A DNA stretch of 64,000 nt from Hemiscyllium ocellatum (Eukaryota). The DNA lies in the NCBI RefSeq assembly GCF_020745735.1, contig NC_083409.1:16230789-16294788 (forward strand). Reading direction: 5' to 3'. The stretch's first letter is position 1. Each line of letters starts with the position of its first letter. The position numbers and the translations under genes are program-made. The notes below the pieces were generated by a model, which saw nothing but the letters and a program-made list of their open reading frames with translations, ran no database searches and was not told the DNA's origin. Positions 33,660 to 43,739 of this stretch are shown here, piece by piece.

Positions 33660-36600
33660 GAAATAGGAGCAGAAATCAGCCATTCAGCCCATTGAATCTG
33701 CTCTGCCATTTGATCTTGGCAGATATGCTTCTCACCCCCATTCTCCTGCCTACTCCACAGGAACTTTCCATCCCCTTAACAATCACGAACCTATCTATCT
33801 CTGTCTTAAATACACTCAGTGACTTGGCCTCCCTGTCCTCTGTAACAATGAGTTCCACAGATTCACCACCCTCTGGCTGAAGAAATTCCTCCTCATCTCA
33901 GCTCGAAAGGGTCGGCCCTTCAATCTGAGGCTGTGCCTTGGTTACCGAGTCTCTCCTGTTTTCAGAAACATCTTCACCACATCCACTCTATCCAGGTCTA
34001 TCTGTATTCTGTAAATTTCAATAAGATCCCGCCTCGTCCTTCTAAACTCCATTGAGTACAGACCCAGAGTCCTTAACCACACCTCATATGACAAGCCCTC
34101 CATCCCCAGGATCATTCTTGTAAACCCCTCCAATGCCAGCACATTGTTTCTTAGAATATGGGTCCTAAATCTGTTCACAATATTCCAAATTCAGTCTGAT
34201 CAGAGCCTTACACAGCCTCAGCAGTACATCTCTGCTCTTGTAATCTGGCCCTATTGAAATGAATGCTAATATTTCATTTGCTTCCCAAGCACAAACTGCA
34301 CCTGCCTGTTCACCTTAAGAAAATCCTGAATGAGGTTTGTGCTTTAGATTTCCAAAGGCTTTCCTCATTTAGAAAATATCTCCACTCCCTGACTCCATTG
34401 ATTCCTGAAAGATCATCAAAAATGTCTCCACAATCTCCTCAGTGATCTCCTTCAGAACACACTGGTGTAATTCATCCAGTCTGGGTGAGTTATCCACACT
34501 CAGACATTTCAGCTTCCCCAGTACCTCCTCCTTAGTAATGGCCACTGCTCTCACCTCTGTCCCCTGACAGTCTTGAAGTACTGGGACACTGCTGGTGTTT
34601 TCCATTGTGCAGACTGATGTAATGTATGTATTCAATTCCTCTGCTTTTTCTTCATTTCCTATTATTCTTTTTCCAATGTCTATTTCTGCCTCCATCTTCC
34701 TTTTTATATATCTGATGAAACTCTTGCAATCTTCTTTTATATTTCTGGCTCGCTTTCCCCCACATTTCACCTTCTGTACCCTGATTTTTTTTTAGTTATC
34801 CTCTACAGGTTTTTAAAGACTTCCTAATCCTCTGGCCTCCCACTATTTTCCACCACATTGTGTGCTTTTTCTTTTGCTTTTATGCTGTCCTTGACCTCCC
34901 TCATCAGCCATGGTTACATTGTCCTCCCCTTAGTGTGTTTCTTCTTTTTTGGGATGAATTCCTACTCTGCTTCCTGAATTACCCCCAGAAACCCTGCTGT
35001 TTGCTGCCGCACCATCTTACCTGCTCAGCTCCCCTTCCAATCATCTCTGGCCAGCTCCTTCCTCACGTCTTTGTCGTTCCCTTTACTCAACTGAAATACT
35101 GTTCCATCTGATTACAGCTTCTCCCTCTCAAACTACAGGGGGAATTCTATCGTATTATGGTCACTTATCCAGAGGGACACTTTCACCTTCAGCTCACCAA
35201 CCAAGTTTGCCTCATTACACATCACTGAATCAAGAACTGCCTGTTCCAAACCGCAAGCTGTTTCAAATACCATCTCATAGACATTCCATGAAATCTTTTT
35301 GTTGAGACGTGCTACCCAGTCCACCTATCCATTTTTTTAATGGATTTTCTGTCTCCTGATTGATTTCCTTCCCCACACCCTGTTTACTGCTTGGAGACCT
35401 GAACTTGCATCAGATTCTTTATTTCTTGGGTTCCTCAACTCTCCCCACACAGATTCTACACCTTTTGACTGTATCTTTCTTGCTATTGATTTAAAGTCAT
35501 TTCTTACTAACAAGGCAACTCCTGTCCCTCTGCTCTTCTGCCTGTCTTTTTGATAGGATATGGATCCTTGGATATTTAGTTTCCAGCCCGGATCCCCTTA
35601 CAGCCATGTCCCTGTGATACCCACAACATTGTACCTGCCAGTTTCAATCTGAACTACAAGCTCATTGTGTATATCTTGTGCATTTAAGTATAACACCCTC
35701 AGTCCTACATTGACTGCCCTCCTTCTCATCATTGTTCCTCTCATCTGCTGTGCTTGACATTTGATTCCTGATCACTTCCATGCTCTCAGTCCTATTACAT
35801 CTTCTAGAATCTTTGCTGACCTCTCCTGAGCCCTCCTCCACTTTAACTAGTTTAAATTACTTGGAAACTCAATTTACCTCGATTTGGGGCATCACTTTGT
35901 CTCCCTGACTCGGAATGCTTCGTGCATTTAGACACAAAATCTTTAAGGTTGATCTATTCTTGACTTTCCCTGCAATTTTATGGCATCTTTGATATTCAAA
36001 AATTCCGTCCCTTCCTTTTATTTTTTGGTAACAATCAATCCCATCACTAACCAGCAATCCTACCTTCTCCTTTACCTTCCATTTTCTCATTGTCCATCCA
36101 ACTGAACCAAATTCCTTTCTCTTTGGGTTGAGTTCAGGACAATATTTATCCTTGAACCAAAATCATGAAGAATGCTCTTTGATCTCATTGCTTCCAGTGG
36201 GACCTTGCTGTGTAGAAATTGGTTGCCCCTTTCCTGAAATTGCAACAGTGACTGGTTTTCAAGCAAAGTGTAACTGTCTTTGGCAGAGTCTGAGGTGCTG
36301 AGGGCTTGATTGAAACACAATTAGAGTCAGGGAGATGTACAGCATGGAAACAGACTCTTCGATCTGACTCATCCATGTCAACCACAGAGACATAGAGTCA
36401 TAGTGTCAGAGAGATGTACAGCACAGAAATAGATCCTTCTGTGTAACTTGTCCATGCCGACCAGATAAACTAAATTAATCTAGTCCCATTTTTCAGCATT
36501 TGGCCAATATCCTTCTAAACACTTCCTATTCATATACTCACCCAAATGCCTTTTAAATGTTATCATACCAGCCTCCACCACTTCCTCTGGCAGCTCATTC

Positions 36601-37060
36601 CAAAAATGTACCACTCTCGGCAGGAAAACATTATGCCTTAGTTCCCGTTTAAATCATTCTCCTGATACTTTCCACCTATGCTCTCTAGTTCTGGACTCCT
36701 TCACTCTGACCAAAATATCTTCTCTATTCACTTGATCAATGCCCCTCATTGTGTTAGAAACCTCGATATGGTAACCCCTCAGCCTCCAGCGATCCAGGGA
36801 AAATAGCCTCAGCCTATTCAGCCTCTCCCGATCGCACAAATCCTCCAACTTGGCAACATCCTTGGAAATCTTTTCTGAACCATTTTTCCTACAGCAGGGA
36901 GGCCAGAATTCCACAGAGAATTCCAAAAGGGGCCAAACTAATATCCTGTACACTTGCAACAGCTCCCAACTCCAATACTCAATGCGTTGCCCAATAAAGG
37001 AAAGCATGGCAAATGACTTCGTCACTCCCTGACCTACCTGCAATTCCACTTTCAAGGAAC
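33660..37060 (-). mobile_element. Further intronic CR1 fragments (antisense), with a short + strand Deu-type SINE remnant near 36130-36300
   Basis: Minus ORFs 33942, 34369, 35133, 35869, 36654. Confidence 0.75.
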
Positions 37061-37169
37061 TAATCGTTTTTGGGATGAACTGGAAGTCTTTCAGTTGTGC
37101 TTTTCAGAATCATCCTGTTCAGAAACAAACTTCTTGCTTTCACACTCAACTAAAAATAAGATAAAGGAG

Positions 37170-37505
37170 GTGATGATTTAATGGTACTATTGCTGAGCTG
37201 TTCATCCAGAGATCCAGATTAATGTTCTGGGGGCCAGAGTTAGAATCCTGTGGCAGCAGATGGTGGAATGTGAATTCAATAAAAAAATCTGCAATTAAGT
37301 GTCGAATGATGACCATGAAACAATTGTTGATTGTCAGGAAAAAGCCATCTGATTCCCTGATGTCCTTTAGGGAAGGAAACTGCCATCCTCACCATGTGAC
37401 TCCAGACCCACAGCAATGTGGTTGACTCTAAACTGCCCTCTGGGTGATTAGGGATGGGCAATAAATGCTGATCCTATCAGTGACACTCATATCCCAAGAA
37501 GCAAC
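37170..37505 (+). mobile_element. SINE sharing its 3' tail with the LINE at 125-2080
   Basis: Tail TAGGGATGGGCAATAAATGCTG; related copies at 45141-45470 (-), 47720-47970, 51310-51475, 58570-58740, 63840-64000 (-). Confidence 0.65.
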
Positions 37506-37639
37506 TTAAACAATGCCTGTTCTTTTCTGGTGTTTGTTAGGTACTGGCTACAAATGTTCAAACATTTTATCAGTGAATATTCTGACAGTTGAAATCACTT
37601 CAAATGGCAGGGATTAAAATTGTTTCTCTTGTCTTTCAG

Positions 37640-37968
37640 GCCATGACAACTCTCAGCCCAAGCTGACCCTGCTGCCCCCCTTCCCGGAGCAGGTCAATGC
37701 CAAGGGCACGGCCACCCTGGTGTGCCTTGCCAATCACTTCTATCCCGATGAGCTGGAGGTGCAGTGGAAGAAGGACGGTGCAGTCATTTTGGACGGGGTT
37801 CATACCAGCAACTACCTGCGAGCTTCGGACAGCACCTACAGTGTCGGCAGCCTGCTGACCCTCTCTGGGTCTGACTGGGAGTCCAACGCTCGTTTCTCCT
37901 GTGCCCTCACCCACATGACCCTCTCCTCTCCCCTCAGCAAGAGCATCAGGAGATCAGAATGTGTGTAG
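37640..37968 (+). CDS. IGKC: Ig kappa-type constant exon, open frame
   Basis: TTTCAG acceptor; (S)HDNSQPKLTLLPPFPEQVNAKGTATLVCLANHFYPDELEVQWKKDG..FSCALTH..SECV-stop; both domain Cys, Trp and penultimate Cys present. Confidence 0.96.
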
Positions 37969-38395
37969 AGTGTTTCAGACAGTCCACAGAGGAGACACAA
38001 CTTTAAATAGAACAGGGCTGAGCTGGCAGGACAAAGGTCATTGTCAGCACTGAATTTCAACTCTCTTCCTTCTCAGGATTGGCCTAGGGGACACTTCTGA
38101 ATTTCAGGGGGTTAAGGCAGGTCATTGGGACACTGTAGATAGAGCTTTACGCTGTGTCAAACCCGATGCTGTCCCTGTTCTGGGAGTGTTTGATTGGGAC
38201 ATGGTTGATTTGTGATGCCAAGTAAAATCTCTTGAAGTTGCTGAAGACTGTCAGCTGTACAAAACAATGTGAACCTCAGAAGTCTCTGCTTCAGTAAACC
38301 AGATCTCCTTCCTGCTCAGCCGCCAGTTCCAATTTAAGGTTTTGTCACTGTTTGAATTTACAGGATTCTTATGTTATTGAGAAAATCTCCACAAG

Positions 38396-38511
38396 CGGGC
38401 ATTGGATAGGCATTTGGAAGTTATTGGGCTAGTATAGGCTAGGTAGGATTCGGTCGGCGCAACATCGAGGGCCGAAGGGCCTGTACTGCGCTGTATCCTT
38501 CTATGTTCTAT
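38396..38511 (+). mobile_element. 116-bp CR1 3'-end insertion in the C 3' UTR
   Basis: Absent from the paralogous UTR at ~62945-62955; flanked by AAG (38393-38395, 38512-38514); CTATGTTCTAT tail. Confidence 0.88.
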
Positions 38512-38615
38512 AAGTGTTTTCCTCAAGTTCCATTGTGGCTGTGAATTTGTGCAGCTTCCTCTGTCTGGGCTGTTAATTGCTGACTGTTTTCTGTCAATGT
38601 CAATCTGGAAAAGGG

Positions 38616-38621
38616 AATAAA
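38616..38621 (+). terminator. Probable polyadenylation signal of the central cluster
   Basis: AATAAA conserved in the paralog (62843-62848); homology between the paralogs ends about 40 nt later. Confidence 0.75.
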
Positions 38622-38849
38622 GATGAAGAAGATTCAGTCTCTGTCTCTGTGTGCTTTGGAGATTGACCACTCCATTCAGTTGATTGGCTGCATTTCAGCA
38701 TGGCATTGTCACAATTGGCTCATTGGCCTGTCAATCAATGACACATCTGTTGTAGAGGATACTGACAGCCAATCATCAATCACTTTCAAATGATCCCTTT
38801 GATCTGGAATCTGTGGAGGTTACAAGATTCCTAACAGATCTCCATTAAT

Positions 38850-40170
38850 GACCACCTGGACCATCTCTGACACCTCCCTCCCCTTCCTGGACTTCTCCAT
38901 CTCCATTAATGATGACCGACTTGACACTGACATATTTTACAAAACCCACCAACACCGAGGATTCCACTTCTTCCCACCCTACCTCCTGCAAAAATGCCAT
39001 CCCGTATTCCCAATTCCTCTGCCTCCACCATATTTGCTCCCAGGAGGACCAGTTCCACAACAGAACACACCAGATGGCATCCTTCATTAGAGACCGCAAT
39101 TTCCCTTCCCATGTGGTCAAAGATGCCCTCCATCTCATCCACATTCCACTCCTCCGCCCTCAAACCCCACCCCTCCAACCATAACAAGGACGGAACTCCA
39201 CCCCCCCCCCCCAACCCCGGTGCTCACCTTCCACCCTACCATCCTTCGCATAAACCACATCATCCGACGACATTTCCGCCACCTCCAAATGGACCCAACC
39301 ACCATGGATATATTTCCCTCCCCACCCATTCCTGCTTTCCGCAAAGACCGTTCCCTCCGTGACTACGTGGTCAGGTCCACGTCCCCCAACAACCCACCCT
39401 CCCTTCCTGGCACCTCCCCTGCCATCGCATGAATTGCAAAACCTCTGCCAACACCTCCTCCCTCACCTCCATCTAAGGCCCCAAAGGAGCCTTCCACATC
39501 CATCAAATTTTTACCAGCACACCCACCAATATCATTTATTGTATCTGTTGCTCCCGATGCGGTCTCCTCTACATTGAGGAGACTGGACGCCTCCTTGCAG
39601 AGCGCTTTAGGGAACATCTCCAGGACAACCACACCAATCAACCCCACCGCCCTGTGGCCCAACATTTCAACTCCCCCTCCCACTCTGCCAAGTACAGCCA
39701 AGTCCTGGGCATCCTCCGCCGTCGCTCCCTCACCACCCGACGCCTGAAGGAAGAACACCTCAGCTTCCACCTCGGAACACTTCAATCTCATGGCATCAAT
39801 GTGGATGTCACCAGTTTCCTCATTTCCCCTTCCCCCACCTCACCCCAGCTCCAAACTTCCAGCTCAGCACCATCCTCATGACCTGTCCTACCTGCTTATC
39901 TTCCTTTCCACCTATCCACTCCACCCTCCTCTCTGACCTATCATCTCCATCCCCACCCCCATTCACCTATTGTACTCCATGCTACTTTCTCCCCACCCCC
40001 TCTTATTTATCTCACCACTCTGCAGGCACCCTGCCTCTAATCCTTATGAAGGCCTTTTGCCCAAAATGTTGATTTTTCTGCTCCTTGGATGCTTCCTGAG
40101 CTGCTGTGCTTTTCCAGCACCACTTTGATCTCGCCTCTGGTTTCCAGCATCTGCAGTCCTTGTTTTTAAC
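38850..40170 (+). mobile_element. Penelope-like element 3' part (RT thumb, GIY-YIG, pLTR), disrupted
   Basis: SSHPTSCKNAIPYSQF; NIIYCICCSRCGLLYIEETG near 39530-39590; VAQHFNSPSH; pLTR with decayed hammerhead near 40040. Confidence 0.88.
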
Positions 40171-40543
40171 CTAGAAACAGAAAGTTGTGAGGACTCAATA
40201 ATTACAATCTTAGGCATTCCCTCTTTACTCTGTGGTCCAGGCCTCAGGTGCTGGGATCGCACTCTGCACTCTTTGCTGCATGCTGTGTTGTACCTGAAAT
40301 AATCTGAGGCCAATCACTGACACTGCAGGCTGCGTGTCCCTCCAAGTGAGAGTGTACTACATAATGCTGCCTGTCGGTGCCAATCTGAGTGGGTTAGTTA
40401 TTCACAGAGACACCTACAGGCAGCATGGAGTGTGAGCATGTTATTCAATGCTGCCTGACTCTCTGAGTGTGTGTGTTACTCAGTGTTGCCTGTAGGTGTC
40501 TCTGTGTGTGTGTGTTATTCTGCACTGGCTGTAGGCAGTGCAA

Positions 40544-40775
40544 TGATTTGGAGATGCCGGTGTTGGACTGGGGTGTACAAAGTTAAAAATCACGGAACAC
40601 CACGTTATAGTCCAACAGGTTTAATTGGAAGCACACTAGCTTTCAGAGCGCCACTCCATCATCAAGGAAGAATCCTCCACAACCACCTGATGATGGAGCG
40701 GTGCTCCGAAAGCTTGTACTTCCAATTAAACCTGAGGGACTATAACCAGGTGTTGTGTGATTTTTAACTTTGTAT
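40544..40775. mobile_element. Palindromic PLE pLTR pair
   Basis: Minus copy about 40544-40664, plus copy about 40668-40775. Confidence 0.85.
40684..40718 (+). ncRNA. Minimal hammerhead ribozyme motif
   Basis: CAC-CTGATGA-T-GGAGC-GGT-GCTCC-GAAA-GC-TT-GTA. Confidence 0.7.
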
Positions 40776-41004
40776 CTCAATGAGTGGGAGTGTGTTACTC
40801 TGTGCTGCCTGTCGGTGTCTCTGAAGTATTTATCTCTGAGTGATGGGTAGAGAATGGGCTTTGTGATGGGGATTGAAGATTAGGCTTTAATGTTGTCAAA
40901 TCTCGGAAGAAAAACAACTCAGTCTGAGATGGCAGCTCATTGAGTTGGCCAAGGTTAAGAAATCACACAACACCAGGTTATAGTCCAACAGGTTTCTTTG
41001 GAAG

Positions 41005-41039
41005 TACAAGCTTTCAGAGCACTGCTCCTTCATCAGGCA
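41005..41039 (-). ncRNA. Minimal hammerhead ribozyme motif in a pLTR (about 40950-41080)
   Basis: Minus strand TGC-CTGATGA-A-GGAGC-AGT-GCTCT-GAAA-GC-TT-GTA. Confidence 0.65.
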
Positions 41040-41532
41040 GCTAGTGGGGCAGGATCATAGTTCACAGAATTTACAGCGAAATTGAGATGGCAGCTGAGAA
41101 AGGTGAATACTGAGAGTGTATTCTCAGTAAGGGAGGGATTTCAGAGGCAGTGCACACTGTGCTCCCTAATGTGCTCCCCAATTACAAGGGGATTTTCTGG
41201 AGCTGGGATCCTTGCAGTATGGGCTGCCTGCTCAGCCAATGCTGACTAGCCATAGTCATATTTCAATGGTCAATTAGCTCTAAACTAGATGCAGTAATAT
41301 TACCTTACAGGGAGGAGAGCAGTGAGTGAGGCTGAATTCTTGCAGCCCAAAGAGGAATTGCAGTGGATTAATGAAGGGTGCTACCACCATGAAGGTGCCA
41401 CCTTCACTCCTCCTGCCTCAGCTGTCGAGACCCTCAGGTTAAACACACCACCAGTCATCTCTGTCTGTAATGAGTGAGTGGGACTGTGCTCTTCTGGGAT
41501 GATATCCACTTTCCTGGGTGCTGGAGGGAAGG

Positions 41533-41658
41533 AGAAAGTGAAGACTGCAGATGGTAGAGATCAGAGTCAATAGTGTGTTGCCGGGAAACGGTAGCAGGTC
41601 AGGCAGCATCCGAGGAGCAGGATAATCAATGCTTTGGGCATAAGCTCTTCATTAGGAA
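41533..41658 (-). mobile_element. PLE pLTR mini-insertion with decayed hammerhead
   Basis: Probable 11-bp TSD TGGA(G/A)GGAAGG at 41522-41532 and 41659-41669. Confidence 0.7.
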
Positions 41659-42029
41659 TGGAAGGAAGGCCAACCTCTCCCAAAGGCAGCACAACCTGGA
41701 TTGATGGGGAATCAAGAGTAAGCATGGGGAGGTTGAGGGTGACAGAAGGAGGGGGTTGGTCGGCAGGTTGTTATTCAGAGTCAGGTCCCAGAGTATCAGT
41801 CCTTCTGACACTCCGCTTTTTATCTGTCAGCCGGGGCTCCCTGATTGAACAAGGTTAACAGCCCATCAAGAGGCTCATATTTTATTGAAAAAAAATATTT
41901 ATCGAACAAGGAGCACAAGAGCTAAACAAGACAAGACAAAATGAATGGTTTCATTACGAACATCATAAATGAGATTTGGGAAATAAGATTTTAATTCTGG
42001 GTGATGGGAATCTGGAATGGACTGTCACA

Positions 42030-42335
42030 GACTCCACAGTGTGGAAACAGGCCATTTGGCCCAACAAGCCAACACCAACCCTCTGAAGTCAGACTCCCTG
42101 AGACACATTCCCCTACACTTTTACTCAACATTTCCCCTGACTGAGAGATTCTTGATCACTGTGGCAATTTTAGAATGGCCAATTCATCTAACCTGCACAT
42201 CTTTGGATTGTGGGAGGAAACCCACACAGACACAGGGGGAGCGTGCAAACTCCACAAAGACAGTTACCTCGGGCTGGAATCGAACCCAGGTCCCTGGTGC
42301 TGTGAGGCAGCAGTGCAAACCACTGAGCTACCACA
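42030..42335 (-). mobile_element. HE1-type V-SINE
   Basis: Head, V-domain and tail similarity to 62282-62625. Confidence 0.85.
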
Positions 42336-42964
42336 CTGCACATTAAAGAACAGGAGCTTTTGTTAAACTCCGTGAGCCTGACATGATATGAATTATAAAC
42401 ACACAACCCTCTGTCAGGGAAGGTAGTGGAGGCTGGAAACCTTACAACATTTAGATATCATAACATGCAAGGATTTGGGATAAGTGCAAGAAATTGGGCT
42501 TAGCGTGCCTTTAGCGGTAGTTGTGTCAGTGCAGACTCAATGGGCCAAAGGGCCTTTTCTGTGCTGTATTAATCTACGCTCCATGCTGAGAGGGCAGTAC
42601 AGGTTAATGGTGATTAGGTTAGACAGTTCCAAGATGGCAAATCAATGATCAAGGGTCAGAGGAAATGGCTCAAGCTTCAGTGAAGGCCCAAGTAAGTGCT
42701 TGGGAGGAGCGTCAAGGCTAATGGAGACAAGGTCAACGGAGACTGACTAAGGGCGTAGGGTGCTGCCTGGCAATCCAGGGGTTGGAGTGAGGCATGTGGG
42801 GACAAGAGGGGAGTGTGTAGGGAGGAAGTGCAGTTCCAGTTGAAATGCGACCTTTGCCAGCAACATGATCTTCAGCACCAGGGGGTGTCCCTGACTGTGT
42901 CAGGCTCACTGGCTGCTCTCTGTGTGATTCCACACAGCCACCCATGTGGTCACCACGCATGATA

Positions 42965-43195
42965 TTGCTCTTGTCTACACTACTGTCTACACCACCATCT
43001 GCAACTACCGTCTGGACCTTCTGTCTACAACACCATCTGCTCCCACCATCTGCACCCTCAGTCTGCACCACCGTCTGTACCCACTGTCTGCACCCAGCAT
43101 CTACAGCCACTGTCTAGTCCCTCTGTTTGCACCCACCACCTACACCCACTGCCTACACCGCTGTCTGCACCCTCCATCTACACCTCCCATCTTTC
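42965..43195. repeat. Degenerate short-unit tandem repeat (CTGTCTACACC / CTGCACC)
   Basis: Direct reading. Confidence 0.7.
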
Positions 43196-43739
43196 TGCTG
43201 TTGTAAGATTGTATCCAATGATTCCATTGAGATTACTGCACCCGAAGCCTGAATTTTAGAACCGGCAATGATTGTCTTCTAACTCTGACCTACAAAGTCT
43301 GTGTTCCATGTAATGGAAAATTAACAAAATTAACATTTACTCTGAAATCCATTTACTCTGAAACCTGAAAGACGGTGCTTGACTAAAATTAAAACTCTCT
43401 GACACTTTGCTGAAGTATGCAGTTAAGGGACAGCTTCTCCCTGAGGAACTTTGTAAACATTCAACAAGAGAAAAATATAAGAACAGTCTGTCCACAACAA
43501 GGGAATGAAAAGAATAACAACTCAAATCTTCACAGTCTTTGTCCTTGAGAGTGTGATAAGAAACAGGATAAGGCAAATATCTGAATTATGCTCAGGGCCC
43601 TTGCACAAGGCATTTTTGTCAAGTGCATGTGGTCCCCCTGCAATGCAGAGGTTAAAAAAAAATCATAAAGCTCTTTTTGGTTGCTCTTGCTAATAGCTGA
43701 GTCGAGTCAATTTAATTTCCACAACATTCCACAATGGGC

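Larger units (their letters stand above)
40340..40830. repeat. Degenerate ~35-bp repeats with one inverted unit, interrupted by a PLE palindrome
   Basis: CAGAGACACCTACAGGCAGCA 40395-40415 vs TGTTGCCTGTAGGTGTCTCTG 40484-40504; similar unit again near 40790-40822. Confidence 0.6.
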
